Shown: piece after piece, positions 9,649-19,202 of the stretch
Layout: each line of letters starts with the position of its first letter
Numbering within the stretch: the stretch's first letter is position 1
Assembly: GCA_038230835.1 (NCBI GenBank)
Contig: JBBRMM010000014.1
Span: forward strand, 13,214 to 77,213
Origin: Gaiellales bacterium
Lineage (GTDB): Bacteria > Actinomycetota > Thermoleophilia > Gaiellales > JAICJC01
Direction of reading: 5' to 3'
Length of the DNA stretch: 64,000 nucleotides
Notes under the pieces: model-generated
What the model saw: only the letters and a program-made list of their open reading frames with translations
The model's database searches: none
Told to the model about the DNA's origin: nothing
Program-made: the position numbers and the translations under genes

Positions 9649-10605
9649 TCAGACGTTCCACGCAGCTCGACACGGCCCGGTTGCCACGATCCGCGGTCGC
9701 CCGCCGGAAAACGGCACCGTGAACAGCAACCCGTGAGGAGTCGGCCCACATCCGCGGTCGGCCAGCACCAGTTGGCCGTCCCGAGAGATGGCAAGACCGG
9801 TCATGCCCGCGCCGGGCGCCGTCAGCGGGTGCGCCCGCCCGCTGAGCACGTCCACCGCCCACGGCCGCACCGGATAGGTCACCGCCACCTGGGCAATCAG
9901 CCTCGAGCCGTCGGCCGACACCGCCACCGGGACGACACCGGTCGGCAGGTGCGCGAGCCGGCGTCGCAGGGTGCCGTCGGGGTTCGCGGTCCAGATCTGG
10001 CCGCCTTGCGAGTACAGGATTCGTCGAGGGCTCCACAGGACGCTCGGGGCATCGGCCACCGCGAGCGGCGTGACACGCCCGCCACCCACCCGGATCGTGT
10101 CAATCGAGCAGCCTGCCGGACGCAGGCCGAGAAGGCGAGCCGAGTTCCATCGGGTGAGACCGCGATCGTGGCCGCCGGGCGATGGGTCAGCACCGCCGGC
10201 ACCGCTCCGGGTCTGGCGGGAACGACCGCCAAGGACGACACGCCGCGCGCTGCCAACCATGACACGGCGACGCTCCGCGAATCCGGCGGCGCCGATCGAG
10301 TGCGCCGCCGACCCGTCCGCCGCGGCGATCACCACCGTGGGCATCCCGAGCGCTCCGGGCCGCCGCTCTTCCCAGACCATTCGCAAGCGAACCGGACGGG
10401 GCGTCGAGCCAGCGCCGCCCTGTGTCAGCGCACCGATGCCAAGGCTGACCCCCACGACCGCGACGGCGCGGACAGTGCGACCACGGGAACCCACAGGAGC
10501 CCGGAGCACGCCGTGTGCGCATGACCGCACCACCTTACCGGGCGGGCGCGGTCTCTCAGACCGCCGCACCGATCGCCAGAACACCAACCTAACGTCGTAA
10601 AGCAT
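9649..10605 (-). CDS. Hypothetical exported protein with TolB-like beta-propeller blades in the C-terminal half
   Basis: The C-terminal half carries WSP..., NPDG, SADGSRL and SRDGQLV motifs typical of TolB/WD40-like blades. The N-terminal third is Arg/Gly-rich, so the start is uncertain. Confidence 0.45.
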   Translation of the reverse strand: MLYDVRLVFWRSVRRSERPRPPGKVVRSCAHGVLRAPVGSRGRTVRAVAVVGVSLGIGALTQGGAGSTPRPVRLRMVWEERRPGALGMPTVVIAAADGSAAHSIGAAGFAERRRVMVGSARRVVLGGRSRQTRSGAGGADPSPGGHDRGLTRWNSARLLGLRPAGCSIDTIRVGGGRVTPLAVADAPSVLWSPRRILYSQGGQIWTANPDGTLRRRLAHLPTGVVPVAVSADGSRLIAQVAVTYPVRPWAVDVLSGRAHPLTAPGAGMTGLAISRDGQLVLADRGCGPTPHGLLFTVPFSGGRPRIVATGPCRAAWNV

Positions 10606-10716
10606 TCGTAAGAATGCAACGTCAACCCCTCATTGTTGCCCTCGCAGGCGCCGATACGTGGTGCGGGTCATCGCCATGGAGACACGGCGGCATTTCACAT
10701 CCGAGGGGGTTGACTG

Positions 10717-12900
10717 ATGAGGGCACCTGTCACCGCACTTCGCGTCCTGGCGGCGCTTGCGGGAATCACCGCGGCGGCGTTCCTGGGTGGAGCGGTCCCG
10801 GCACACTCCACGGGAAGCGGAGCGATCACGGCCGCGAGCCCGTGCGGTTCGATGGCAACCCAGACACCCGCCGTCACCAAGGTAATGGTGGTGATGATGG
10901 AGAACCACGGCTACTCGCAGATCATCGGCTCGCCGGAGGCGCCGCAGGTGAACGCGCTCGCGCATCAGTGCGGGCTGGCGACCAACTACCACGCGCTGCA
11001 GTACCCCTCTCTGCCCAACTACGTCAAGCTCGCCGCCGGGCGGGCGCCGAGTGCGATCGCCGGCAACGGCTCGGTCGGGACGGACTGCCATCCCGGGGGT
11101 ACCTGCGTCTCGACCGACCCCAGCATCTTCTCGCAGATCTCGGGCGCCGGCAAGACGTGGCGCAGCTACGTCGAGAGCATGCCCGCCAACTGCTCGCTCA
11201 CCGACGCCTATCCGTACATGGCCAAGCACAACCCGGCGGCGTACTTCGTGACCCCCGCCCAGCGCACCGACTGCCAGCATTACGACGTGCCTCTGGGCAC
11301 CCTTGCCGGAGGCAACCTCGCGGGGGACGTCACCGGCGGCACCCTGCCCAACTTCAGTCTGGTGGTGCCCAACATGTGCAACGACGGGCACGACTCCTGC
11401 GCCGGCAAGAGCCCGGTCGCTGAGGAGGACGCGTTCGTCAAGTCGTGGCTCGCGACGATCGTGGCCGGTCCGGACTACCAGAGCGGACACCTCACGGTCG
11501 TTCTGACCTGGGACTCCGATTCCAACAACGGCACCGGGAACCATGTCGCGACCGTCGTGATGAGTCCGTACACACCGGCTGGAACGGTCAGCTCGACAGC
11601 GTTCGACCACTACTCGCTGCTGCGGTCGACGGAGCAACTGCTGGGCATCAGCTCGTACCTCGGTGGCGCTTCGAGCGCGACCGACATGCTGACGGCGTTC
11701 CATCTGGCACCGGGCTCGACCGGCGGAAATCCGCCCGCCACGCCCGTCCTGACCGACCATCCGTCGGGCTCGACGACATCCACCTCGGCGCTGCTCAGCT
11801 TCACCGACGCAACGTCGGGGGCAGCGTTCCGATGCTCGTTCGACGGCAACGCCTTCTCCGGTTGCGCCAGCCCGGTCAACTACTCCGGGCTCGCCGTGGG
11901 AGCGCACAGCTTCGCCGTCGAGGCCTCGAACTCCTTCGGCACGAGCGGCGCGGCGACGGCGGCCTGGACGGTCACATCGCCCGCGACCGATACCACCCCG
12001 CCCAGCGTTCCGGCGCACCTGGCGGCAACCCAGAGCGGTGGCAACGTCTCACTCACCTGGTCCGCGTCCACCGATCCCGACGACGCCGTCGGCTCGTATC
12101 TGGTGTACCGAAACGGTGTCCAGATCGGCACGGTGACCGGCACGTCGTTCACCGACAGCTCCCTGCCTTCGGGTGGGGGCGGCGTGGTCGACACCGCCAG
12201 CTTCGGCTCTGCCCAGTCCTCGGGCTGGGGAGCCGGATACACGGTGGCCGGGAACGGGAGCACGTCCGTGACCGGAGGCACCGGCCGGGTCAGTCTCACC
12301 GGCGCAATCCAGAGCGAGCAGGCGCTGTACCAATCCGCGGTGTCGTCCACCGGTGAGCTGATGCGCTTCAGCCTCGGCGCCCGGCCGGTCGGCGGTCTCG
12401 CCTACATGACGCTCGTCGGGCGCTCGGCATCGCCGCAGATGACCGGCGACAGCTACCGGCTCTACGTGCAGGTCGCCCCCACGGGTGCGATCACGCTCGG
12501 CGCCCGGCGAACGGTGGCGGGAGTGACCACAAGCGTGGGCACGCCCGTCACGCTGCCCACGCTGTTGGTACCGGGCGCGGCCTACCAGCTGCGCGTCCAG
12601 TTCGCCGGAACGGCTCCCACGACGCTGCGGGCCAAGCTGTGGCCGGCAACGGCCGGCGAACCGTCGGCATGGCAGTTCTCGGCGCTCGATTCGAGTCCGA
12701 CTCTGCAACATGCCGGGCTCGCTGGCGTCCGCCTGGTCAGCGCGGCGGCGTTCGCTGCGAAGTCCCTGGTGGCCACCGTCGCGGCATACGAGATCGACGA
12801 CCTGTCGACCGGCACCACCAGCTACGCCTACGCGGTGCGCGCACGCGACACGCACGGCAACATCTCGGCAGCCTCGACTGCGGTCGATGTCGTTCGCTGA
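10717..12900 (+). CDS. Secreted phosphoesterase-family protein (phospholipase C / acid phosphatase fold) with C-terminal Ig-like modules
   Basis: GAGGGGG lies 7 nt upstream of the ATG at 10717, and a signal peptide is present. Phosphoesterase-like motifs are VMVVMMENHGY, YPSLPNY, AKHNP and CNDGHD. Downstream are a FRCSFDGNAFSGC...GAHSF Ig-like module and an Fn3-like segment (TTPPSVP...LTWSASTD). Confidence 0.8.
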   Translation: MRAPVTALRVLAALAGITAAAFLGGAVPAHSTGSGAITAASPCGSMATQTPAVTKVMVVMMENHGYSQIIGSPEAPQVNALAHQCGLATNYHALQYPSLPNYVKLAAGRAPSAIAGNGSVGTDCHPGGTCVSTDPSIFSQISGAGKTWRSYVESMPANCSLTDAYPYMAKHNPAAYFVTPAQRTDCQHYDVPLGTLAGGNLAGDVTGGTLPNFSLVVPNMCNDGHDSCAGKSPVAEEDAFVKSWLATIVAGPDYQSGHLTVVLTWDSDSNNGTGNHVATVVMSPYTPAGTVSSTAFDHYSLLRSTEQLLGISSYLGGASSATDMLTAFHLAPGSTGGNPPATPVLTDHPSGSTTSTSALLSFTDATSGAAFRCSFDGNAFSGCASPVNYSGLAVGAHSFAVEASNSFGTSGAATAAWTVTSPATDTTPPSVPAHLAATQSGGNVSLTWSASTDPDDAVGSYLVYRNGVQIGTVTGTSFTDSSLPSGGGGVVDTASFGSAQSSGWGAGYTVAGNGSTSVTGGTGRVSLTGAIQSEQALYQSAVSSTGELMRFSLGARPVGGLAYMTLVGRSASPQMTGDSYRLYVQVAPTGAITLGARRTVAGVTTSVGTPVTLPTLLVPGAAYQLRVQFAGTAPTTLRAKLWPATAGEPSAWQFSALDSSPTLQHAGLAGVRLVSAAAFAAKSLVATVAAYEIDDLSTGTTSYAYAVRARDTHGNISAASTAVDVVR

Positions 12901-13903
12901 TCGACTGGGAGCGGTGCGTCCGCTCGCGGTCCTGGCCAGCCTGTCCGTGGCCGCCACCCTGGTCGGTGGCGGCTGCGGCGGGCACACCGACGCCGATCGC
13001 GGCCCGCTCTGGTCGGGCCGTCTGGCGCTGTCGGTGAACCACGCAGGCGGCTCGGCGCTGGAACTCCTGTCTCCGGGCGGAAGCCCCGCTCTGCTCACGT
13101 CGGTCGTCCGCCAAAGCGCCGATCGGAGTCCGAGCTGGGCGCCCGACGGCCGTACCATCGTGTTTTCGAGCAACCGCTCCGACCCCACGTTGCATACGGC
13201 GGACGCGACCGAAATCTACACCGTCAGCGTCCCCGGCGGACGGCTCGCGCGCCTGACCCGCAACCGGGTGTACGACGATCTCCCGGTGTTCTCGCCGGAC
13301 GGCAGTCGGATCGCGTTCGTCCGTCAGGTGGGTGACAAGCCCGCCGAACTGTGGGCGATGGACGCCGACGGCTCCGGCGGCCATCGCGTGACCACGGATC
13401 TGGGCGTGGCCGAGCGGGTCAGCTGGTCGCCCGATTCGAAACGGATCGCGTACAGCTGTCTGTCACCGTCGGCGATCTCGAACCCCACCGGGGCCGGCAA
13501 GGGCGGTGACGTCGGCGGCAGCGGCGACGACGCCGACAACACCGACATCTGCACCATCTCCGCCTCCGGCGCCAAACACGGTCGGCTCACGCCCGACCCC
13601 GTCGCACGCGACTCGCAGCCGGCATGGTCGCCCGACGGCAGGACGATCGCGTTCATTCGCGGACGCGCCAGCGTCGACGAGGTGGCGGCCGCCGGCGGGC
13701 CTGTGCGCACCATCCGAGCGGCCGGACTCGGTGGCGGATGGGCGTTTCCGAGCTGGTCGGAGAACGGGCGCACGATCCTCGCCCTCGACCGCACCGACCT
13801 CACGCTGCGACTGCTGCCCACGGCCGGAGGCTGGACGCCGAGCATCACCACGGCGCAGCTGACCGCCGCCCCGGCTTGGTGGCAGCCGAACCGGCCCCTG
13901 TAG
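12887..13903 (+). CDS. TolB-like WD40 beta-propeller protein, probable lipoprotein or secreted
   Basis: The ATG at 12887 overlaps the upstream stop by 14 nt. The signal sequence ends LVGGGC. Repeated SWAPDGRTIVF, FSPDGSRIAFV, WSPDSKRIAY and AWSPDGRTIAF blades follow. Confidence 0.7.
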   Translation: MSFADRLGAVRPLAVLASLSVAATLVGGGCGGHTDADRGPLWSGRLALSVNHAGGSALELLSPGGSPALLTSVVRQSADRSPSWAPDGRTIVFSSNRSDPTLHTADATEIYTVSVPGGRLARLTRNRVYDDLPVFSPDGSRIAFVRQVGDKPAELWAMDADGSGGHRVTTDLGVAERVSWSPDSKRIAYSCLSPSAISNPTGAGKGGDVGGSGDDADNTDICTISASGAKHGRLTPDPVARDSQPAWSPDGRTIAFIRGRASVDEVAAAGGPVRTIRAAGLGGGWAFPSWSENGRTILALDRTDLTLRLLPTAGGWTPSITTAQLTAAPAWWQPNRPL

Positions 13904-13931
13904 GAGCCGACGCGGCGCGTAGAGTGCCACC

Positions 13932-14549
13932 ATGGCCGCCAACCTGCTGCTCCTGTTGCGACACGGCCAGGCCGAGTCGAACGTCGACCGCCGGTTCACG
14001 ACCCGCACCGACAGCCCGCTGACCGACCTGGGGATGGCCCAGGCACGTGAGGCCGCTTCGGCCCTGGCCAACGTGCCGATCGACCGCATCATCTGCTCCC
14101 CGATGCGCCGGGCGCGGGCCACCGGCGAACTGGTGGCGGCTGCGCAGATCGGCGGCGCACCGCCGCTCGCGGAGGACAAACGTCTGACGGAGATCGACGC
14201 CGGCCCGTTCGAAGGGCTGACCCCGGCCGAGATTCTCGCCGGCCCGCTGGCGGATATCTACCGGCGCTGGCGCTCCGACCGCGATCCCGAGTTCCCCGAC
14301 GGTGCCGAGACGCTCGACTCGGCGGTCAGGCGGTCACGGTCATTTGTGGAACACGTGTCCCGGCTCGACGGGATCACGCTGGCTTCGACCCACGGGTCGC
14401 TGGCGAGGGTGATGGTGACCGCTTTGGTGCTCGGCGCCGATCCCGCCCGCTATCGGCACATGTGGATGGACAACGCGCGGATGGCGGTCATCCGCTGGGA
14501 GGCCGAGTCGCCGCTCCTCGTCGGCTTCAACACGCTGACGCTGCCCTAG
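13932..14549 (+). CDS. Histidine phosphatase family protein (phosphoglycerate-mutase-like)
   Basis: N-terminal LLLLRHGQAESN (RHG motif), and a conserved SPMRRA segment. Confidence 0.85.
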   Translation: MAANLLLLLRHGQAESNVDRRFTTRTDSPLTDLGMAQAREAASALANVPIDRIICSPMRRARATGELVAAAQIGGAPPLAEDKRLTEIDAGPFEGLTPAEILAGPLADIYRRWRSDRDPEFPDGAETLDSAVRRSRSFVEHVSRLDGITLASTHGSLARVMVTALVLGADPARYRHMWMDNARMAVIRWEAESPLLVGFNTLTLP

Positions 14550-14589
14550 GTTCCCACCAGCCGAGGGGCAGAATGTTGAGCCAACGTTA

Positions 14590-14604
14590 CGGTGCCTGGC
14601 ACCG
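14590..14604. repeat. REP-like perfect palindrome CGGTGCC-T-GGCACCG
   Basis: Perfect 7-bp arms around a single central base. It lies 182 nt upstream of the RayT-like gene and is preceded by ATGTTG...CGTTAC. Confidence 0.5.
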
Positions 14605-14688
14605 AGCCTGCCGCGGGTGGCGTGGCTGGAGCCGCAATCCGGCCCAGGGAACGGGTCCGTCGTAGGCCACCGTATTCAGCGCATGTTG

Positions 14689-14703
14689 CGGTGCCAGGCA
14701 CCG
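14689..14703. repeat. REP-like perfect palindrome CGGTGCC-A-GGCACCG (inverted copy of 14590-14604)
   Basis: Same 15-mer with the complementary central base, 99 nt from the first copy and 83 nt upstream of the RayT-like ATG. It is flanked by ATGTTG and CGTTAC words shared with copy 1. Confidence 0.5.
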
Positions 14704-14785
14704 TGTCGGGCGGCGTTACGGCTTGACGCGGAGTCGTGACAGGTCGTCACGGACACATGAGCGGCCGACGGGTAGCCTCGAAGCG

Positions 14786-15349
14786 ATGCCGAGACGAAAC
14801 CGGATCGACTACGCAGGCGCTATCCAGCACGTCGTCAGCCGCGGCGTGCTGCGAATGCCGATCTACATCCACGACGACAATCGGCTCCTGTTCATGACCT
14901 TGCTCACCGACACCGTGGGGCGGTTCGGCTGGAGGTGTCACGGCTACTGCCTGATGGCGAACCATTTCCACCTCGTCGTCGAGACCCCGCAGCCAAATCT
15001 CGCCCGCGGCATGCACCGGCTCAACACCGCCTACGCTCGTATCTTCAACAAGTCCGCGGGACGATCCGGGCACCTGTTCGAAAGCCGATACTGGTCGACG
15101 CCGGTCGAGCAGGAGGTTCATCTGCTCGAAACCGCGCGCTACGTCGCGCTCAACCCGGTCCGCGCCGGCGCCTGCCGCGACCCCGAACAGTGGCCGTGGT
15201 CGAGCCATCGACACGTGATTGCCGACGACGAACCGCCCCCCTTCCTGGCGGTCGATCGCACACTCGGGTGCTTCTCCGACGACCCCAGCACCGCTCGCCG
15301 ACTGTACGCCGCGTTCGTCGTCGCAGGGCGACCAGCGAGTTCCGTATGA
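14786..15349 (+). CDS. REP-associated tyrosine transposase-like protein (RayT / IS200-IS605 Y1 HUH family)
   Basis: Starts at the ATG at 14786 (MPRRNRIDYAGAIQHVVSRG). HUH motif in ANHFHLVVE, conserved GHLFESRYWS, and a catalytic-Tyr region ARYVALNPVRAG. This is a single-domain protein of about 187 aa, as in RayT/TnpA_REP. Confidence 0.8.
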   Translation: MPRRNRIDYAGAIQHVVSRGVLRMPIYIHDDNRLLFMTLLTDTVGRFGWRCHGYCLMANHFHLVVETPQPNLARGMHRLNTAYARIFNKSAGRSGHLFESRYWSTPVEQEVHLLETARYVALNPVRAGACRDPEQWPWSSHRHVIADDEPPPFLAVDRTLGCFSDDPSTARRLYAAFVVAGRPASSV

Positions 15350-15357
15350 TGTGTCGT

Positions 15358-15987
15358 ATGAGACGCGCACTTGCAATCGCAGCCGCCTGCCTCGTCGTCT
15401 TGGCGTTACCGGCCACCGCACATGCCGGACTTCAGTACGGCGACAAGGGCCCAGCCGTACTCGCGCTGCAGAAGCGCCTGATCGGCCTCAAGTACCTCGC
15501 GGTCGCAGCCCGAAACGGCGTCTACGGCTACCGCACCCTGCAGGCCGTGATGGCATTCCAGGGTTGGGTCGGGCTGACCCGCGACGGGGTCGCGGGACCG
15601 ACCACGTTCGGTCGCCTGAGCACTGCTCACATCCCGACCCCCTGGTCGCGGTCGGTGCGGCACATGGAGGTGCACAAGAGCCGCCAGGTGCTGCTCCTGA
15701 TCGCCCACGGATTGGTCGTGCGCGCGATCCACGTCTCGACGGCCGCGCCGGGTCACGTCACCCCCGCCGGCTTCTTCACGATCTACCGTAAGGAGCGCAT
15801 GAGTTGGTCGCGCCAGTTCAGCGTCTGGCTTCCGTTTGCCGACTACTTCACCGGTGGCTATGCGTTCCACGAATACCCCGATGTCCCCGGCTATCCGGCG
15901 TCGCACGGTTGCATTCGGATGCCGGCCGGCGATGCGACGCTCGTGTGGTACTGGGCGACGCTCGGCACCCGTGTCCGGATCCAGTAA
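15358..15987 (+). CDS. L,D-transpeptidase (YkuD domain) with N-terminal peptidoglycan-binding domain
   Basis: Signal peptide MRRALAIAAACLVVLALPATAHA. PG_binding_1-like segment (GDKGPAVLALQKRLIGLKY...DGVAGPTT). Catalytic motif SHGCIRMP. Alternative ATGs at 15346 and 15349. Confidence 0.85.
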   Translation: MRRALAIAAACLVVLALPATAHAGLQYGDKGPAVLALQKRLIGLKYLAVAARNGVYGYRTLQAVMAFQGWVGLTRDGVAGPTTFGRLSTAHIPTPWSRSVRHMEVHKSRQVLLLIAHGLVVRAIHVSTAAPGHVTPAGFFTIYRKERMSWSRQFSVWLPFADYFTGGYAFHEYPDVPGYPASHGCIRMPAGDATLVWYWATLGTRVRIQ

Positions 15988-16034
15988 CCGGGCGGGAGTC
16001 GTCGATCGACCAGGGCACACGTAGACTCCGCAAG

Positions 16035-19000
16035 ATGAATCCCGGAATCCTCGCCGGCCATCGCTACCGACTGGTCGCCTTCGACTGGGACGGCACCGCC
16101 GTCTCCTCCCGCACCGAGCAGCCGCGGGACCTCGCGCAATCGATGCAGCGACTGCTCGACCGCGGCGTGACACTGGTCGTCATCACCGGGACGAACGCCA
16201 CCAACGTGAGCGGCCAGATCGCGCCGCTCCTCACCCCCGAGTCGCGGTCGAGGCTCTACCTGATGGTGAACCGTGGCTCCGAGGTGTACTCGCACTCCCC
16301 CGCCGGCGAGCTCGAACTGGTATGGCGACGCGACGCCACGGCCGCCGAGAACGCCGCGCTCGATGCGACGGCGGCGGACGTCGCAGGTGAACTGTTCGAC
16401 CACCACGGGATCACGGTCGAGATCATCTCGAACCGCCTCAACAGGCGCAAGATCGACCTCATCCCGACCCCGGAATGGGCCGACCCGCCGAAGGCGCGAA
16501 TCGGTGAGCTGCTACAGGCGGTCGAAGCGCGGCTGGCTCCGCTGCCGGGTGGAATCGGGGCCGCGATCGACCTCACCAGCCGGCTGGCCCGCGAGCACGG
16601 CCTGCCGGACGCCCGGATCACCAGCGACGTCAAGCACATCGAGCTGGGCCTCACCGACAAGTCCGACTCGATCGCGTTCCTGATGCGCCGGCTGGCTCCG
16701 CTGCGGGCCATCCGGCCCCGAGAGATCGTGATCGCGGGCGATGAGTTCGGGCCCATCGCGGGCTTCGAGGGCAGCGACTACCGCATGGTCACCCGGCTGG
16801 CAGCCGGTGCCACGATCATCTCCGTCGGCAACGAGCCGAACGGCGTGCCACCGGGCGTGATCCACCTCACCGGCGGGCCGAAGGCCTTCATCCGCCTGCT
16901 TGACGAGGTCGCGGCAACGGCCCTCGATACGACTCCGGTGGCCGCCCCGATCCCGGCGGTCGTGTCGCGCCCGGCTGAGCGCGACGGCTGGCAGGTGGTG
17001 AACGACGGCTACGACATGGTGGGAGAGGCGTCGCGGGACACGCTGTTCGCGCTCACCAACGGCCACATGGGCGTGCGGGGATCGACCGACGAGGCCGGCC
17101 CCGGCTCCTCTCCGGCAGCGTACGTGGCCGGGCTGTTCGACGGCCCGGGGCCCGGCGTCGAGGACCTGGTCGTTATCCCGGACTGGGTGAGCACGGGGAT
17201 CGTGGTCGCCGGCCGTGAGTTTGCGCCCTGGGCGTGGAAGGTCATCTCCCATCGGCGCAGGCTCGACCTCGCGGCGCTGCGGTACGAACGCGAGCTGGTG
17301 TGCGACGATCCCGATGGACGCCGCCTGCGGCTATGGTCGGAGCGTCTGCTCAGCCTTGCCAAGCCGCAGCTGGCGGGCGTACGACTGCGCCTCACGCTCG
17401 AGGCCGGACCCGCCGGGCGGGTGGAGCTGCGAGCCGGGATGCGAGCGCGGGAGCAGGCGGGCCCGCTCCCCCACGTCGAGGCGGTGGCGGCCGGCGGCAC
17501 GGACGGCACCGACATGCTGCACACCCGCACGCCGGGCGGGCGGGTGGCGGTGGACGTCGCCCAAGTGGTGCGTGCTTCTCTCGATGGGGAGCAGGTGACG
17601 ACCGACCGCTATGCCGACGAGACCTCCTGCGGCCGGCTGGTCGAGCTCGAGCTGGCTGCCGGTCAGACGCTCGAGCTCGAGCGGCACATCGCCGTCTACA
17701 CCGAGCGCGAGCGAGCCCTGCCCGCTGCCGCGGCGGCAGAGGCCGTGACAGCATCGGCCGCCGCCGGCTGGGACGTTCTGCTCGCCGACCACCACGCCGC
17801 GTGGGCTGCTGCCTGGGCACGCTGCGACGTCGAGATCGAGGGTGATCCAGAGTCACAGCTCGGTGTCCGCTTCGCGATCGCGCAGATGATCGCCGTCGCT
17901 CCGACCGCCGATTCCGGAGCATCGATCGCCGCCAAGGGGCTCACAGGCGAGGGCTACAAGGGTCACGTCTTCTGGGACACCGACATCTTCCTGCTGCCGT
18001 TCTACGCGTACTCGCTGCCGGAGGTTGCGCGCCGCCTGCTCGCCTACCGCGTCGACACCCTGCCCGCGGCCCAGCGGCATGCACAGGATGCGAGGCTGAA
18101 GGGTGCCTGGTTCGCGTGGGAGAGCGCCGCCAGCGGAGAGGACGTGACGCCGGAGTTCGTGGTCGGGCCGGGTGGCCGCCACCTGCACGTGCTGACCGGC
18201 AAGCAGGAGATCCACGTCGTCGGCGACGTGGCCTGGGCGGTCGACGCCTACCTGCGATCGAACGCCGACAGACCCCTGCTCGAAGACGGCGGTTCCGATC
18301 TCGTGCTCGAAGCGGCCCGCTTCTACGCCACCCGCGGGATCGAGACCGATCGTGGCTACGAGATCCACACCGTGATCGGCCCGGACGAGTTGCACGAGGG
18401 TGTCGACAACAGCGCGTACACCAACGTGATGGGTGCGTGGACGATGCGCCGAGCGGCCGAACTGGTTCGGTCCGGCTTCGCCCTCGCAGATGCCGGCGAG
18501 GCCGAGCGCTGGATCGACCTGGCCGATCGGATGCTGGTGCTGCGCAACCGCGACGGGCTGATCGAACAGCACGAGGGGTTCCTCGAGCTGCCGGAGGCCG
18601 GTCGCGGGCCGGAGGATCGCAGCGAGCTCGCGTGGCAGCGCGATCGAATGGACTGGCGAGATGTGAAGCAGGCCGACGTGGTGATGCTGATGGCTGTCCT
18701 CGAGCCGCAGTTCACCGAGCAGGAACGGCTGGCCCATTACCTCCTCTACGAGCCACTGACACGCCATCTGTCATCCCTCTCGGAGGCCGTCCACTCGCTG
18801 GTCGCGCGGCGCGTCGATCTCCACGATGCGGCCGACGAGTATCTCGCCCGGGCGATCGCGATCGACCTCTACGACAGCCGCGGCAACCGGCCGGACGGGA
18901 TGCACATGGCGACGCAAGGCGGGGTGTGGCAGGCGGTCGTCCTCGGGTGCGGCGGAATCCGTGCAGACGGTGAGGGGCCGCTTCGGATCGATCCCCGGCT

Positions 19001-19202
19001 GGCGCCCGGCTGGACCGGCCTGCGCTTCTCGGTCTCCCACCGCGGCGTGCAGGTGACGATCACGCTTCGTCACGATCAGGCGACCGTCGAGGTCGAGTCG
19101 GGCACCGCCGACATCGAGTTGCCGGGATTCACGGGCACGGTGTCGCCCGGGCACGCGGTCCGCTTGCACAGGGTCGGCTCGGGCTGGCGCATCGCGGCGT
19201 GA
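16035..19202 (+). CDS. HAD-like hydrolase domain fused to a glycoside hydrolase family 65 (disaccharide phosphorylase-like) protein
   Basis: Starts at the ATG at 16035. The N-terminus AFDWDGTAV...VVITGTN is HAD-like. The large C-terminal region has GH65-like segments (SIAAKGLTGEGYKGHVFWDTDIF, WFAWESA, GPDELHEGVDNSAYTN). Confidence 0.8.
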   Translation: MNPGILAGHRYRLVAFDWDGTAVSSRTEQPRDLAQSMQRLLDRGVTLVVITGTNATNVSGQIAPLLTPESRSRLYLMVNRGSEVYSHSPAGELELVWRRDATAAENAALDATAADVAGELFDHHGITVEIISNRLNRRKIDLIPTPEWADPPKARIGELLQAVEARLAPLPGGIGAAIDLTSRLAREHGLPDARITSDVKHIELGLTDKSDSIAFLMRRLAPLRAIRPREIVIAGDEFGPIAGFEGSDYRMVTRLAAGATIISVGNEPNGVPPGVIHLTGGPKAFIRLLDEVAATALDTTPVAAPIPAVVSRPAERDGWQVVNDGYDMVGEASRDTLFALTNGHMGVRGSTDEAGPGSSPAAYVAGLFDGPGPGVEDLVVIPDWVSTGIVVAGREFAPWAWKVISHRRRLDLAALRYERELVCDDPDGRRLRLWSERLLSLAKPQLAGVRLRLTLEAGPAGRVELRAGMRAREQAGPLPHVEAVAAGGTDGTDMLHTRTPGGRVAVDVAQVVRASLDGEQVTTDRYADETSCGRLVELELAAGQTLELERHIAVYTERERALPAAAAAEAVTASAAAGWDVLLADHHAAWAAAWARCDVEIEGDPESQLGVRFAIAQMIAVAPTADSGASIAAKGLTGEGYKGHVFWDTDIFLLPFYAYSLPEVARRLLAYRVDTLPAAQRHAQDARLKGAWFAWESAASGEDVTPEFVVGPGGRHLHVLTGKQEIHVVGDVAWAVDAYLRSNADRPLLEDGGSDLVLEAARFYATRGIETDRGYEIHTVIGPDELHEGVDNSAYTNVMGAWTMRRAAELVRSGFALADAGEAERWIDLADRMLVLRNRDGLIEQHEGFLELPEAGRGPEDRSELAWQRDRMDWRDVKQADVVMLMAVLEPQFTEQERLAHYLLYEPLTRHLSSLSEAVHSLVARRVDLHDAADEYLARAIAIDLYDSRGNRPDGMHMATQGGVWQAVVLGCGGIRADGEGPLRIDPRLAPGWTGLRFSVSHRGVQVTITLRHDQATVEVESGTADIELPGFTGTVSPGHAVRLHRVGSGWRIAA

